Shown here piece after piece: positions 19,800 to 27,509 of a DNA stretch of 27,509 nucleotides (position 1 is its first letter; each line of letters begins with the position of its first letter). Location of the stretch: IMG/VR virus record IMGVR_UViG_3300032327_000490, positions 1 through 27,509 of that record, one strand, 5' to 3'. Source of the DNA: a virus (taxonomy: Duplodnaviria; Caudoviricetes). A program made the translations under genes and the position numbers. Under the pieces are notes generated by a model. It was not told the origin of the DNA, did not search any database, and saw nothing but the letters and a program-made list of their open reading frames with translations.

Positions 19800-20663
19800 T
19801 TATACCATAAATGGAATTGGTGGACTTGTTGGTCCGAGTGGAGCAATATGAAAATGACAATCAAATATAGATACGTTTACGAGATCAGTCATCCAACCAG
19901 CCGTCATCACACCAATTTGAGAAAAACCAAAAGATGAATTTGGTGCTGTCATTTGTACTCCAGCCGCAATCAAAACAGATGATAAAATAGTAAATGGTAT
20001 GGCGGCAGGAATTCCAATAGACAAACCACCAAGTACAGAAACAAATCCTAATGGACCAGCTCCAACACCAGTTCCAGCGTCAACTCTACCATATGAAAAT
20101 AGTTTTTCTGTGGTTATACCGCCCTCGACAGTTAAATCGGCAGTTATCGTAACAGTATCTGGTGCGTATATATCCATAGCACCTGTTATACCGTTGCCTG
20201 CTCGTATTGTCATATCAGATTTGGACGTCATGTTTAATGATTCTTCTGCTAATATAGTAAAAGATTTTTTAACATGTAGTTCGTATTGACCCTCAATATA
20301 CTCTCTTTTATTACCCATAACATGCACTTGTGCATCACCTTCGATTGTTATATTACAATCACCTTTTACTAAAATATTTTTATTTTTTACAGTTATCTCA
20401 TATCCATCACCATATACTTTATGTACTTCATCTCCATTTGGATGCATTTCTATAAATGTACCTATTCTATGTGTAAGTCTGATACGCTCTCTGTCTGGAG
20501 TATCGTCCATTTCAAATGAATGACCCGAATCTGTTATCTGAACATAGTTCATTCCATATTCAGGCGGAGCATCTAATGCTGGTGATCTGGGTTCTATCCA
20601 TCCATTAAAAAAATCTGGTCCTGATGTAGTATATGCTAGTCCGGTGTCTGGATCAATTGGCAT
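19800..20663 (-). CDS. gp5: gp5 C-terminal part: central spike beta-helix with HxH tip
   Basis: EP.S...EY..N.V..TDSGHSFEMDDTP.RERIRL.HR.GTFIEMHP.G matches the start of T4 gp5C; VxG-type 8-residue repeats follow; ends CHFHIAPLGPTSPP. AAGGA lies upstream of the ATG. Confidence 0.85.
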   Translation of the reverse strand: MPIDPDTGLAYTTSGPDFFNGWIEPRSPALDAPPEYGMNYVQITDSGHSFEMDDTPDRERIRLTHRIGTFIEMHPNGDEVHKVYGDGYEITVKNKNILVKGDCNITIEGDAQVHVMGNKREYIEGQYELHVKKSFTILAEESLNMTSKSDMTIRAGNGITGAMDIYAPDTVTITADLTVEGGITTEKLFSYGRVDAGTGVGAGPLGFVSVLGGLSIGIPAAIPFTILSSVLIAAGVQMTAPNSSFGFSQIGVMTAGWMTDLVNVSIFDCHFHIAPLGPTSPPIPFMV

Positions 20664-20678
20664 AATGTTTAATTCCTT

Positions 20679-22073
20679 TTAAGGCATAACAATTTTAATA
20701 TCTTGTGGTTCATATGGCATCGTTTTGACAAAATTATTTCCGGTTTCAGCATATTTATTTTGTAAATAAATCGCCAAATCATCTGTAGATACACCTTTTG
20801 TATATTCTGATGGTATATATTCATCATCTACTTTATATGTATATGTGTAAGCATTCAAATATTTTGATATAATTGATGGATCAACATAATCTGGAGCTTG
20901 TGTGTCAGGATTTGTATTTGCAGTTACACCTATATCTGTTATCGCAATTTGTGCTGTTTCATCTAAGGCCAATAAAGCCTGTAAAATTGTATCTAGGTCT
21001 GCCGTATCTGTATAATCTACAGTAAGATTTTGTTTAAGTTGAGCGATTTGTTCAGCACTAAATTGATTTTCTGGAGCATATTCTGGACTAAAATTTGTTG
21101 TAAAATTTGCCAATCCTGATCGTAAAGATGTCAAATTTGTTTGCAGAAATTGTATAGATTGATTTAAATTTTTAACTACAGTATTTATTTGAGCAACTAA
21201 ACTTCTAATACTATTTTGAAATGTATTTAAACAATCAAGTAATAACTTTTTAAAAAATGCTGGAAGTTGTTTAATGAAAGCTACAATTTGTTGCAATTCT
21301 TTGACAAGATAAACATACATTGCAGCAACTGCAACATACTCACCGATTTTTTTAAGAATTTTATTTATTTTTCTTATTATTGATCTAGCCAAATCAAACG
21401 CTGCTGAATATAAACCTGATGGATCTAAGCTAAGTGTAAAATTTAATGCTGTTAATACTGCTCTTATTCCATCTGCAAATTGTGCAAGAAGAGTTCTAAT
21501 AATTTGAGCAGCAGCGTTTTTACCTTCTTGAATTGCTCTTTTGATAACAGCGACAGGATTATCAACGAGACCAATACTTAGATCACCAAATTTAATATTA
21601 AATTTAAAATCACAACTGTGTTGTGAATTATTTTTTTCTAGTGTAGCGCCTTCTGTTATACCTCTAGCTAGTCGAGGCATCCATGGTTCACCAGGTTTAC
21701 TGACAACAATTCCTTCTGGCGGAATAACTTTATATGGAAGTGTGCTTTGATTTGAGAATCCTTTATTAACATCTTCAAGTAAAGGTTTTATTCCTCTTAT
21801 AACAGTTTCAACGATAGGAGCCTGTCTGGATTCGCCATCCATAAATCTTCCAAGAGCCCAATCTCCTGCTTTAATATTGGTTGTTGAAGTGGTTAAACCA
21901 TTAGGAGATAAACCTATTTGTGCCCAAGGTAAATTCTCCGTCGGCATTTCTTGTAAATTATCACTATGAAATCCAAATATGCGAACTTTAACTCTACCAG
22001 CTTTTAATGGATCATTTATATCTTCAACTACTCCAGCAAATCCATTGAATCCTGAATAACCCAAAAAATTCAT
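20679..22073 (-). CDS. gp5: gp5 N-terminal OB-fold fused to a long helical domain (no lysozyme recognised)
   Basis: GVVEDINDPLKAGRVKVRIFGFH...LPWA...GDWALGRFMDGESRQAP is the gp5 OB fold; a PRLARG linker follows; strong AAGGAG RBS. Confidence 0.85.
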   Translation of the reverse strand: MNFLGYSGFNGFAGVVEDINDPLKAGRVKVRIFGFHSDNLQEMPTENLPWAQIGLSPNGLTTSTTNIKAGDWALGRFMDGESRQAPIVETVIRGIKPLLEDVNKGFSNQSTLPYKVIPPEGIVVSKPGEPWMPRLARGITEGATLEKNNSQHSCDFKFNIKFGDLSIGLVDNPVAVIKRAIQEGKNAAAQIIRTLLAQFADGIRAVLTALNFTLSLDPSGLYSAAFDLARSIIRKINKILKKIGEYVAVAAMYVYLVKELQQIVAFIKQLPAFFKKLLLDCLNTFQNSIRSLVAQINTVVKNLNQSIQFLQTNLTSLRSGLANFTTNFSPEYAPENQFSAEQIAQLKQNLTVDYTDTADLDTILQALLALDETAQIAITDIGVTANTNPDTQAPDYVDPSIISKYLNAYTYTYKVDDEYIPSEYTKGVSTDDLAIYLQNKYAETGNNFVKTMPYEPQDIKIVMP

Positions 22074-22098
22074 TAATTTTCTCCTTTTTTGATAGTAC

Positions 22099-22106
22099 TA
22101 TTTATT
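22099..22106 (-). promoter_or_regulatory. Putative T4-type late promoter AATAAATA upstream of the gp5 N-half
   Basis: Intergenic 7/8 match to TATAAATA, followed by the AAGGAG RBS (22081-22086). Confidence 0.6.
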
Positions 22107-22116
22107 AATGAATTAA

Positions 22117-23397
22117 TTAAATGTAACTATCTTTTGTTATTTCTAGAATAGTTTGAAATACTGTAGGTACTTGAACAATATGCCTTAAAGCAGTAACAAC
22201 GTATTTGCCTGAGAAAAAATTACTTCTTGATGAATCTCCAGGATTTAATTTTGATATGTCTAATTCAATAATTCTACCTACGGCTACTCCAGAATCTCCA
22301 GGTATTACAATTTTAAGTTTTGTATGATTGAGTGCAGCGAGCGCAGAAGTTCTAATTGGTAAAGTATCTTCTAAGAATATATCTTTTTCAACAGCGCCTG
22401 GATTCTTTTCTATAGCTGCTCTATTTGAATTATCTCTCGTATTTGATGATGAAAATTTTACCAAAGATGGATACGCAGTGCTTTGATCAAAGCCAAGTCT
22501 ATTTTGTTTTGTATACAGAGCAGAAGAATTATTTAGTGAATCATCCGAATCTTTTTTATAATTGAAATCTGTAAATTTATATGTTTGAGTTAAAGGATTA
22601 ATCGTTAATAATCTATTAGCGTACATACCTGAACTGATATTCTCTAAAACATCATAAAACTTAATCACCTCATAATCTAAAACAGTTGTCAACACATCTT
22701 CTGCACTAGTTTCTTGTATGTTTTTAGCTTGATATTTATATTTTTTATATACATTTGATTTATATAAAGATTGCACTGATCTGAAATTAAAACCATCTTT
22801 ATTCTCAAAAAATAGCATGTCAGCGCTTTTTTGAAAAGCGGATGGTCTTGCATAAGATGATAACCAACTAATTGCTTCAAATGGTTTTAGTAAACCAACA
22901 TTAAAATCATACACTCCATATGTGTCTTCGATAATTAATTTTGTTTCTTCAATTTGCATTTTATCTATTAATATCTCATTTACAATATCTGATATTTTCT
23001 GACTAGGATAAGATTTTTGAATTTTTGTTTGTTCGGAAAGTATCAATTCTTCTGAACAAAAATGAAGTTTATATACTATACTTGTTAAATTTCCGATAGG
23101 TCTTACGTTCGAAATCTTGTACATTCTAAATGTTCTTTTTAAATTTAAATATGAATCACCAGATTTACCAAAATCAATATCAAGTGTCTCATTTCCTGTC
23201 ATATTGTCGAGTTCGATATAACCAGCAGAATCTCTTAAAATAACATATCCGGAAACCGAAAAAGCAAACATATCTTCAAAATAAGAAAATTCGACAACTA
23301 AATTTGTTAAATCTAAACTTTTTCCGGATCTATTAGTCAAAGATATTTTTTTTAATTTATAATCTTGAGGATAAAAAATGTTGTTATCATTAGCCAT
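22117..23397 (-). CDS. Baseplate hub protein, gp27-like
   Basis: Lies between gp53 and gp5; FSYFEDMF..SVSG, FFENKDGFNFRS, IPGD....VG.IIEL and SGKYVVTALRH motifs are typical of gp27/gpD-like hubs. Confidence 0.72.
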   Translation of the reverse strand: MANDNNIFYPQDYKLKKISLTNRSGKSLDLTNLVVEFSYFEDMFAFSVSGYVILRDSAGYIELDNMTGNETLDIDFGKSGDSYLNLKRTFRMYKISNVRPIGNLTSIVYKLHFCSEELILSEQTKIQKSYPSQKISDIVNEILIDKMQIEETKLIIEDTYGVYDFNVGLLKPFEAISWLSSYARPSAFQKSADMLFFENKDGFNFRSVQSLYKSNVYKKYKYQAKNIQETSAEDVLTTVLDYEVIKFYDVLENISSGMYANRLLTINPLTQTYKFTDFNYKKDSDDSLNNSSALYTKQNRLGFDQSTAYPSLVKFSSSNTRDNSNRAAIEKNPGAVEKDIFLEDTLPIRTSALAALNHTKLKIVIPGDSGVAVGRIIELDISKLNPGDSSRSNFFSGKYVVTALRHIVQVPTVFQTILEITKDSYI

Positions 23398-23400
23398 TTT

Positions 23401-24006
23401 TTATCGCTTGGGTGCATAAAGTGATTGAAATTGATCCACAAATGTATTCAAATATTTTGAATTTAATAATTTTATATTTCTTTTTGATTCATTTAATTCT
23501 TGTTCATAATCATAATAAGTAACGATTCTTTTCGTTGTTTCCACTACAGTAGTTAAATCGCCAATTTTAAATGTTTGGTTTGTTTCTTGGGGTAACAAAT
23601 CATACGTTTCTTTATCTATTTTAATACGCTCCTCAAAATTTTCTTCAGTTTCAATAATTGTTTTTTTTGTTATTTTTTCATAATAAAAAATACTATTAAC
23701 ATCTATATCTGCGTATTTTTTTGCAATATAATCTTGGAATATATCATAAGTCAATGGCCAAGACCACTGTGGATGTTGTAGTTCATTGACTAATAAAACA
23801 ACCCAATAATAGTATGAATCACCATAATATTTGTCAGCTATTATTTCTGGTGTATCGGAATCTTTAATATCATATGTATAATATAACAAAGGATTATTTG
23901 CTACGCTCGGAATAACTTTTACTCTCGTCAATAAATTAGTCAAAAGAACAATATAACCAGTTTTATCTTTATATGCAACTTTTGGTAAAGTTTTAAAGTA
24001 TCTCAT
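23401..24006 (-). CDS. gp53: Baseplate wedge subunit gp53
   Basis: MRYFKTLP, YDIKDSDTPEIIADKYYGD..YYWVVLLVN...P..WPL (LysM-like) and YEQELNESKRNIKLL motifs. Confidence 0.92.
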   Translation of the reverse strand: MRYFKTLPKVAYKDKTGYIVLLTNLLTRVKVIPSVANNPLLYYTYDIKDSDTPEIIADKYYGDSYYYWVVLLVNELQHPQWSWPLTYDIFQDYIAKKYADIDVNSIFYYEKITKKTIIETEENFEERIKIDKETYDLLPQETNQTFKIGDLTTVVETTKRIVTYYDYEQELNESKRNIKLLNSKYLNTFVDQFQSLYAPKR

Positions 24007-24939
24007 TTAGTATCCCTCATCTATCTTTGCACTATGCATAAGATCAACTTCTTGGAATTGTAATCCTAACGTTACTTGTACTGGCGCACCATTCCTATGT
24101 GCAGACCATCCATTTGGTGCGTAATTTACTTGTATATCAGTTAATACTGATTTTCCTAATTTATGTAAGTATGTATTTTCTTTTCCTTCACTATAAAATG
24201 TTATTTCAAAAATAGATGGTGGTCGATATAAAAATCCTGCGGTATTTTCTACTAACGTTGGCGCCGCTGCACTTTTAAATGCTTGCACTATAGACTTTAT
24301 AGTATCACTTTCAACTGATGATTTGGGTGTAAATACAAATGCCATAGCAAATGATCTGAAATCTATACCTTGAAATATAAGTTGTTGTTGAGGATTAATT
24401 GCAAAACCTGCTGCATCCAATACAATTTGACCTGTGGGCCCTGCCTCACCTTTCGCTATATTACCTATGTTACCTAAAGCTCCTTTTAATTTGTCAGATA
24501 CATTCAATTTTGATGCAATTCCACCAAGCACAGAATCAATTAAAGCACCCAATGAAAAACTATTATATGCAGCAGAAGAAGAAAATTCTAAACTATCTGG
24601 CATATATAAAGTGATACTTCCTTTTGTTTGTGTGTATCCACTTTTTGCACTATAACCACTTTTTAAAAAATCTTTAGTTATGTTTGTAATATCAGTTAAT
24701 GATGAATCTACTAAATCAGGTATATTAGAGAAATTATTAAGTAAAGTGGATAAACCATCACCGCCATTATCACTACCACTATCTCCTTGAGATGTTTCTT
24801 GGAATGTCATTTCTCTTGGATCAATGATTGTAAATTGAACAACATGACTATATTTAGAGTTGTTTCCAACATCCAATGGATATTTATAATGTCCATCTCG
24901 ATATCTATTTTTATTAAGTGGATCTAGTGGGGCTGGCAT
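24007..24939 (-). CDS. gp48: Baseplate tail-tube cap gp48
   Basis: ITLYMP, INPQQQLIFQGIDFRSF.M.FVFTPKS..E and VLTDIQVNYAP...PVQVTLGLQFQE motifs. Confidence 0.88.
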   Translation of the reverse strand: MPAPLDPLNKNRYRDGHYKYPLDVGNNSKYSHVVQFTIIDPREMTFQETSQGDSGSDNGGDGLSTLLNNFSNIPDLVDSSLTDITNITKDFLKSGYSAKSGYTQTKGSITLYMPDSLEFSSSAAYNSFSLGALIDSVLGGIASKLNVSDKLKGALGNIGNIAKGEAGPTGQIVLDAAGFAINPQQQLIFQGIDFRSFAMAFVFTPKSSVESDTIKSIVQAFKSAAAPTLVENTAGFLYRPPSIFEITFYSEGKENTYLHKLGKSVLTDIQVNYAPNGWSAHRNGAPVQVTLGLQFQEVDLMHSAKIDEGY

Positions 24940-24964
24940 GTATTACCTTTTTTTGTTTATTAAA

Positions 24965-24972
24965 TATTTATA
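24965..24972 (-). promoter_or_regulatory. T4-type late promoter TATAAATA driving the gp48-gp53 leftward cluster
   Basis: Perfect consensus in the divergent intergenic region, 25 nt upstream of the gp48 ATG. Confidence 0.75.
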
Positions 24973-24973
24973 T

Positions 24974-24981
24974 GATAAATA
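24974..24981 (+). promoter_or_regulatory. Putative late promoter GATAAATA for gp4, followed by a GGAGG RBS (24988-24992)
   Basis: 7/8 match, back-to-back with the leftward promoter. Confidence 0.6.
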
Positions 24982-24998
24982 TAATGCGGAGGAAAATT

Positions 24999-25436
24999 AT
25001 GAATTACCTACAAGGTAAGTATAAAGTAAGAAACGTTGAAAAGTATATCGGTGATCCAACAAATATAATTTATAGATCATCTTGGGAATTAAAGTTTCTC
25101 AATTGGTGTGATAATAATCCTAGTGTAGTGTCTTTTTCGTCCGAAGAAATAGTAATACCATACAAATCACCAGTTGACGGTAAATATCACAGATACTTTG
25201 TTGATTTTATGATAAAAATTCGTACAAAAGATGATATCACCAAAACGTATTTAGTTGAAATTAAACCAAAAAAGCAGACTATGCCACCTGAACAGAAAAA
25301 AAGAATTACTAAACAGTATATAACAGAAGTTGTAACTTGGGGCGTCAATCAAGCTAAATGGAAAGCAGCATCAGAATATTGTTTAGATAGAGGCTGGGAA
25401 TTTAAAATATTATCAGAAAAAGATTTAAATGTATAA
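24999..25436 (+). CDS. gp4: Head completion nuclease gp4 (PD-(D/E)xK fold), 145 aa
   Basis: KYIGDPTNIIYRSSWE..F..WCD.NP, SEEIVIPY.SPVDGK.HRYFVDF, LVEIKP and NQAKW motifs. Start reassigned to ATG 24999, after GGAGG. Confidence 0.93.
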   Translation: MNYLQGKYKVRNVEKYIGDPTNIIYRSSWELKFLNWCDNNPSVVSFSSEEIVIPYKSPVDGKYHRYFVDFMIKIRTKDDITKTYLVEIKPKKQTMPPEQKKRITKQYITEVVTWGVNQAKWKAASEYCLDRGWEFKILSEKDLNV

Positions 25437-25443
25437 CTAAATA
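25436..25443 (+). promoter_or_regulatory. Putative late promoter ACTAAATA, 5 nt before the gp2 ATG
   Basis: TAAATA core at the gene junction. Confidence 0.45.
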
Positions 25444-25448
25444 CTTCT

Positions 25449-26042
25449 ATGAACTCAAGACTAACTAAACTAGCCCAAGAAAAATCAAGTGCTCAACTTC
25501 AAACAATGGCAAAAGAGTCATTGCAATGGTTGATGACTAAGATTGCAGATTTGAAACGTGTATCGCATATTGCATCTGATATAAGCAAAGAAAAATCTAG
25601 ACAAGTAAATCAATTTAAATTAGGTGGTCTATATTTTTATTACTATGATGCAAAAACTAAAAAAGAATTACCTTATTGGGATAGATTTCCACTAGTTCTT
25701 GTGTTAGAAAAATATCCAGATGGATTTCTTGGTTTAAACTTACATTATCTACCTTTAAAATATCGAATTCTTTTTATGGAAAAACTGATGAACTATGCAA
25801 TTTTAAATGAAGATGGTGACATTAAAAGAATTAAAATAACATACGATATATTAAATTCTACAAGAAGATTAAAAGAGTTTCAGCCGTGTTTAAAAAGATA
25901 TTTAACTTCAAACATAAAATCTAGAATACTTGTTGTTCAGCCAGATGAATGGGATATTGCTTTATTTTTACCTATACAACAGTTTATGAAAGCTAGACCA
26001 GAAAGAGTTTGGAAAGATTCTGTAGATCAAATAAGGAAATAA
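25449..26042 (+). CDS. gp2: DNA end protector protein gp2
   Basis: G.LYFYYYDAKTK..LPYWDRFPLV, FLGLNLHYLP, CLKRYL and W.IALFLP..QF motifs. Confidence 0.92.
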   Translation: MNSRLTKLAQEKSSAQLQTMAKESLQWLMTKIADLKRVSHIASDISKEKSRQVNQFKLGGLYFYYYDAKTKKELPYWDRFPLVLVLEKYPDGFLGLNLHYLPLKYRILFMEKLMNYAILNEDGDIKRIKITYDILNSTRRLKEFQPCLKRYLTSNIKSRILVVQPDEWDIALFLPIQQFMKARPERVWKDSVDQIRK

Positions 26043-26045
26043 TAA

Positions 26046-26564
26046 ATGCCCGCAAATATAAGAAATTTTTTATCTACTTTTAGAGGTGAATTAGCAAAAA
26101 ATTCTTTGTTTGAGGTCTATATCTATGGTGGTCCATTTGCAATTTTTGGCTCTAAGTATCCAACTGAGATAAGATATAGATGTGAAAATGCAAACTTACC
26201 AGGAAAAACAATGGCAACTATGGAACAAAAGATATATGGTCCTATTGAAAAGTTTCCATACTTAACAACTTATTCTGATATAGATTTGACATTTATCGTA
26301 GATAGTAATATGGAACAAAAATATCTATTTGAAGATTGGATGTATATTATAAATCCTACAGATACTTATAACTTTAAATATAAAAAAGAATATTCTGCTG
26401 AAATTTTAATAAAACAATTTCAATCTGACGGTAAAAGAAGCTACGCTGTTAATTTAAGTGAAGCATTTCCTATATCAATGAATCAAATGGATCTAGATTG
26501 GTCATCAGAATCATATCATAAACTAACAGTTACTTTTGCGTATACTGAATGGAAAAGAGTTTGA
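26046..26564 (+). CDS. Tail-tube-fold baseplate protein (gp54 tube initiator / gp19 family)
   Basis: RCENANLPG, K.PY...Y.DIDLTF, FEDWM and EAFPISM..MDLDW......KLTVTFAY motifs. Confidence 0.78.
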   Translation: MPANIRNFLSTFRGELAKNSLFEVYIYGGPFAIFGSKYPTEIRYRCENANLPGKTMATMEQKIYGPIEKFPYLTTYSDIDLTFIVDSNMEQKYLFEDWMYIINPTDTYNFKYKKEYSAEILIKQFQSDGKRSYAVNLSEAFPISMNQMDLDWSSESYHKLTVTFAYTEWKRV

Positions 26565-26591
26565 ATATAATTTAATTAAAGGAGTTTTATA

Positions 26592-27314
26592 ATGCCATTA
26601 CCAAAAATTGATGTGCCAACATATGAGATAGAGTTACCGCTATCTAAAAAGAAAATTAAGTTTAGACCATTTCTAGTTAAAGAACAAAGAAATCTTTTAA
26701 TGGCTATGGAATCAAATGATACTGATACAGTACATAATAGTATAAAAGATATTTTAAATAACTGTACTTTGACTGAGGATATTGTTATTGATAAATTGCC
26801 TATTGTTGATATTGAGTATTATTTTATAAATCTAAGAGCTAAATCTGTTTCTGAAGTAGTTGAAACAAAGTATAAATGTAATAATGAAGTTGAAGATAAA
26901 CTTTGTGGTAATATTATGGATGTTGAAATTGATCTTTTGGATATAAATGTTGATGGTATTAAAGAAAATGAAGATATCCAATTGACAGAAAAAATATTTG
27001 TTAAATTAAGATATCCTCAATTTTATGTTGTGAAAGATTCGGCTAATATGCAGAGTATGACAGAAATAACATTTAATATGATTGCAGAAAGTATCGAATA
27101 TATTTTTGATGGTGATCAATATCATTATGCAAGTGAAGCTCAACCAGGTGAATTGTTAGAGTTTGTCGAATCTCTTAATCAAAATCAATTTGAAAAATTG
27201 GAAGAATTCTTTAATGATTTGCCTAAACTGAAAAAAGATATTGAGATTAAATGCAGCAAATGTGGATTTGATCATAGTATTGAAGTGGAGGGACTAGAAA
27301 GTTTTTTCGCCTAA
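26592..27314 (+). CDS. gp26: Baseplate hub assembly protein gp26-like
   Basis: MPLPKI..PTYE.ELP...IKFRPFLVKE, DIEY.F..LRAKSV.E, a CSKC zinc-type motif and the C-terminus GLESFF; AAGGAG RBS. Confidence 0.88.
   Translation: MPLPKIDVPTYEIELPLSKKKIKFRPFLVKEQRNLLMAMESNDTDTVHNSIKDILNNCTLTEDIVIDKLPIVDIEYYFINLRAKSVSEVVETKYKCNNEVEDKLCGNIMDVEIDLLDINVDGIKENEDIQLTEKIFVKLRYPQFYVVKDSANMQSMTEITFNMIAESIEYIFDGDQYHYASEAQPGELLEFVESLNQNQFEKLEEFFNDLPKLKKDIEIKCSKCGFDHSIEVEGLESFFA
27302..27308 (+). other. Putative -1 programmed ribosomal frameshift slippery heptamer T TTT TTC
   Basis: X XXY YYZ pattern in the gp26 frame, ending one codon before the stop; GGAGG lies 10 nt upstream; the -1 frame encodes the gp51-like domain. 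Confidence 0.7.
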
Positions 27315-27496
27315 TATTTCGTTATGATAATTTGAAAAACTACTACAAAACAAATTTTGCAATGATGCAGCATCATAAGTATAGCTTGACAGAATTGGAA
27401 AATATGATGCCATGGGAACGAGACATTTATATTTCATTATTGATTCAGTATGTTGAAGAAGAAAATCAAAAAATACGAGAACAACTTAAAAAATAA
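27308..27496 (+). CDS. gp51: gp51-like baseplate hub assembly domain in the -1 frame; probably expressed as a gp26-gp51 fusion (alternative starts TTG 27332 or ATG 27362)
   Basis: Not in the ORF track. Translation RLIFRYDNLKNYYKTNFAMMQHHKYSLTELENMMPWERDIYISLLIQYVEEENQKIREQLKK; no RBS before the internal starts. Confidence 0.82.
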   Translation, partial: RLIFRYDNLKNYYKTNFAMMQHHKYSLTELENMMPWERDIYISLLIQYVEEENQKIREQLKK

Positions 27497-27509
27497 TGAA
27501 AGAAGAAAA
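27496..27509 (+). CDS. Start of the next gene (MKEE..., truncated by the window end), possibly the tape measure
   Basis: TAATG stop/start overlap; identity inferred from gene order only. Confidence 0.4.

Noticed and set aside
3956-24655. Short nested or antisense ORFs in the track (e.g. 4894-5181, 11918-12220, 19999-20289, 24434-24655)
   Set aside because: All lie within long conserved structural genes, with no recognisable motifs or RBS.
13881-24888. Intragenic TATAAATA matches on the minus strand (13881, 22733, 24881)
   Set aside because: Inside coding sequence in very AT-rich DNA and far from start codons; cannot be distinguished from chance.
24918-24998. N-terminal extension of gp4 in the ORF track
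   Set aside because: Overlaps the gp48 start and the promoter region; GGAGG supports ATG 24999.
24999-25436. TnsA-like transposase or mobile element
   Set aside because: The nuclease motif belongs to head completion protein gp4 in its normal context next to gp2; no transposon ends or partner genes.
1-27509. Stop-codon reassignment, introns or inteins, tRNA genes
   Set aside because: Genes are full-length and tightly packed under the standard code, with TAA, TGA and TAG all used as stops. No intein or homing endonuclease motifs were seen, and there is no intergenic space for RNA genes.

Overview
AT-rich segment of a T4-like (myovirus) phage genome containing the baseplate/tail structural module. 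The minus-strand cluster reads gp48, gp53, gp27-like hub, a gp5 spike split into two genes, an unknown gene, gp25, gp6, gp7-like, a fibre-like protein, gp8, a 2329-aa DUF4815/VrlC-like virion protein, a small conserved ORF, and a long fibre gene. The fibre gene (2910 to <1) is missing from the ORF track because it runs off the window; it carries about 21 tandem 22-aa repeats and a Pro-poor collagen-like tract. The divergent plus-strand cluster reads gp4, gp2, gp54/gp19-like, gp26-like and a short gp51-like ORF. The best signal is a probable programmed -1 ribosomal frameshift (T TTT TTC, with GGAGG 10 nt upstream) joining the gp26-like and gp51-like ORFs, resembling the lambda G/GT tail-chaperone switch. 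The second is the split, lysozyme-less gp5, whose N-half carries a long amphipathic helical domain and whose C-half ends in a hydrophobic stretch and an HxH tip. T4-type late promoter motifs are present, and two are placed so that they could give leaderless mRNAs. Family assignments come from remembered motifs and gene order; no database searches were run.
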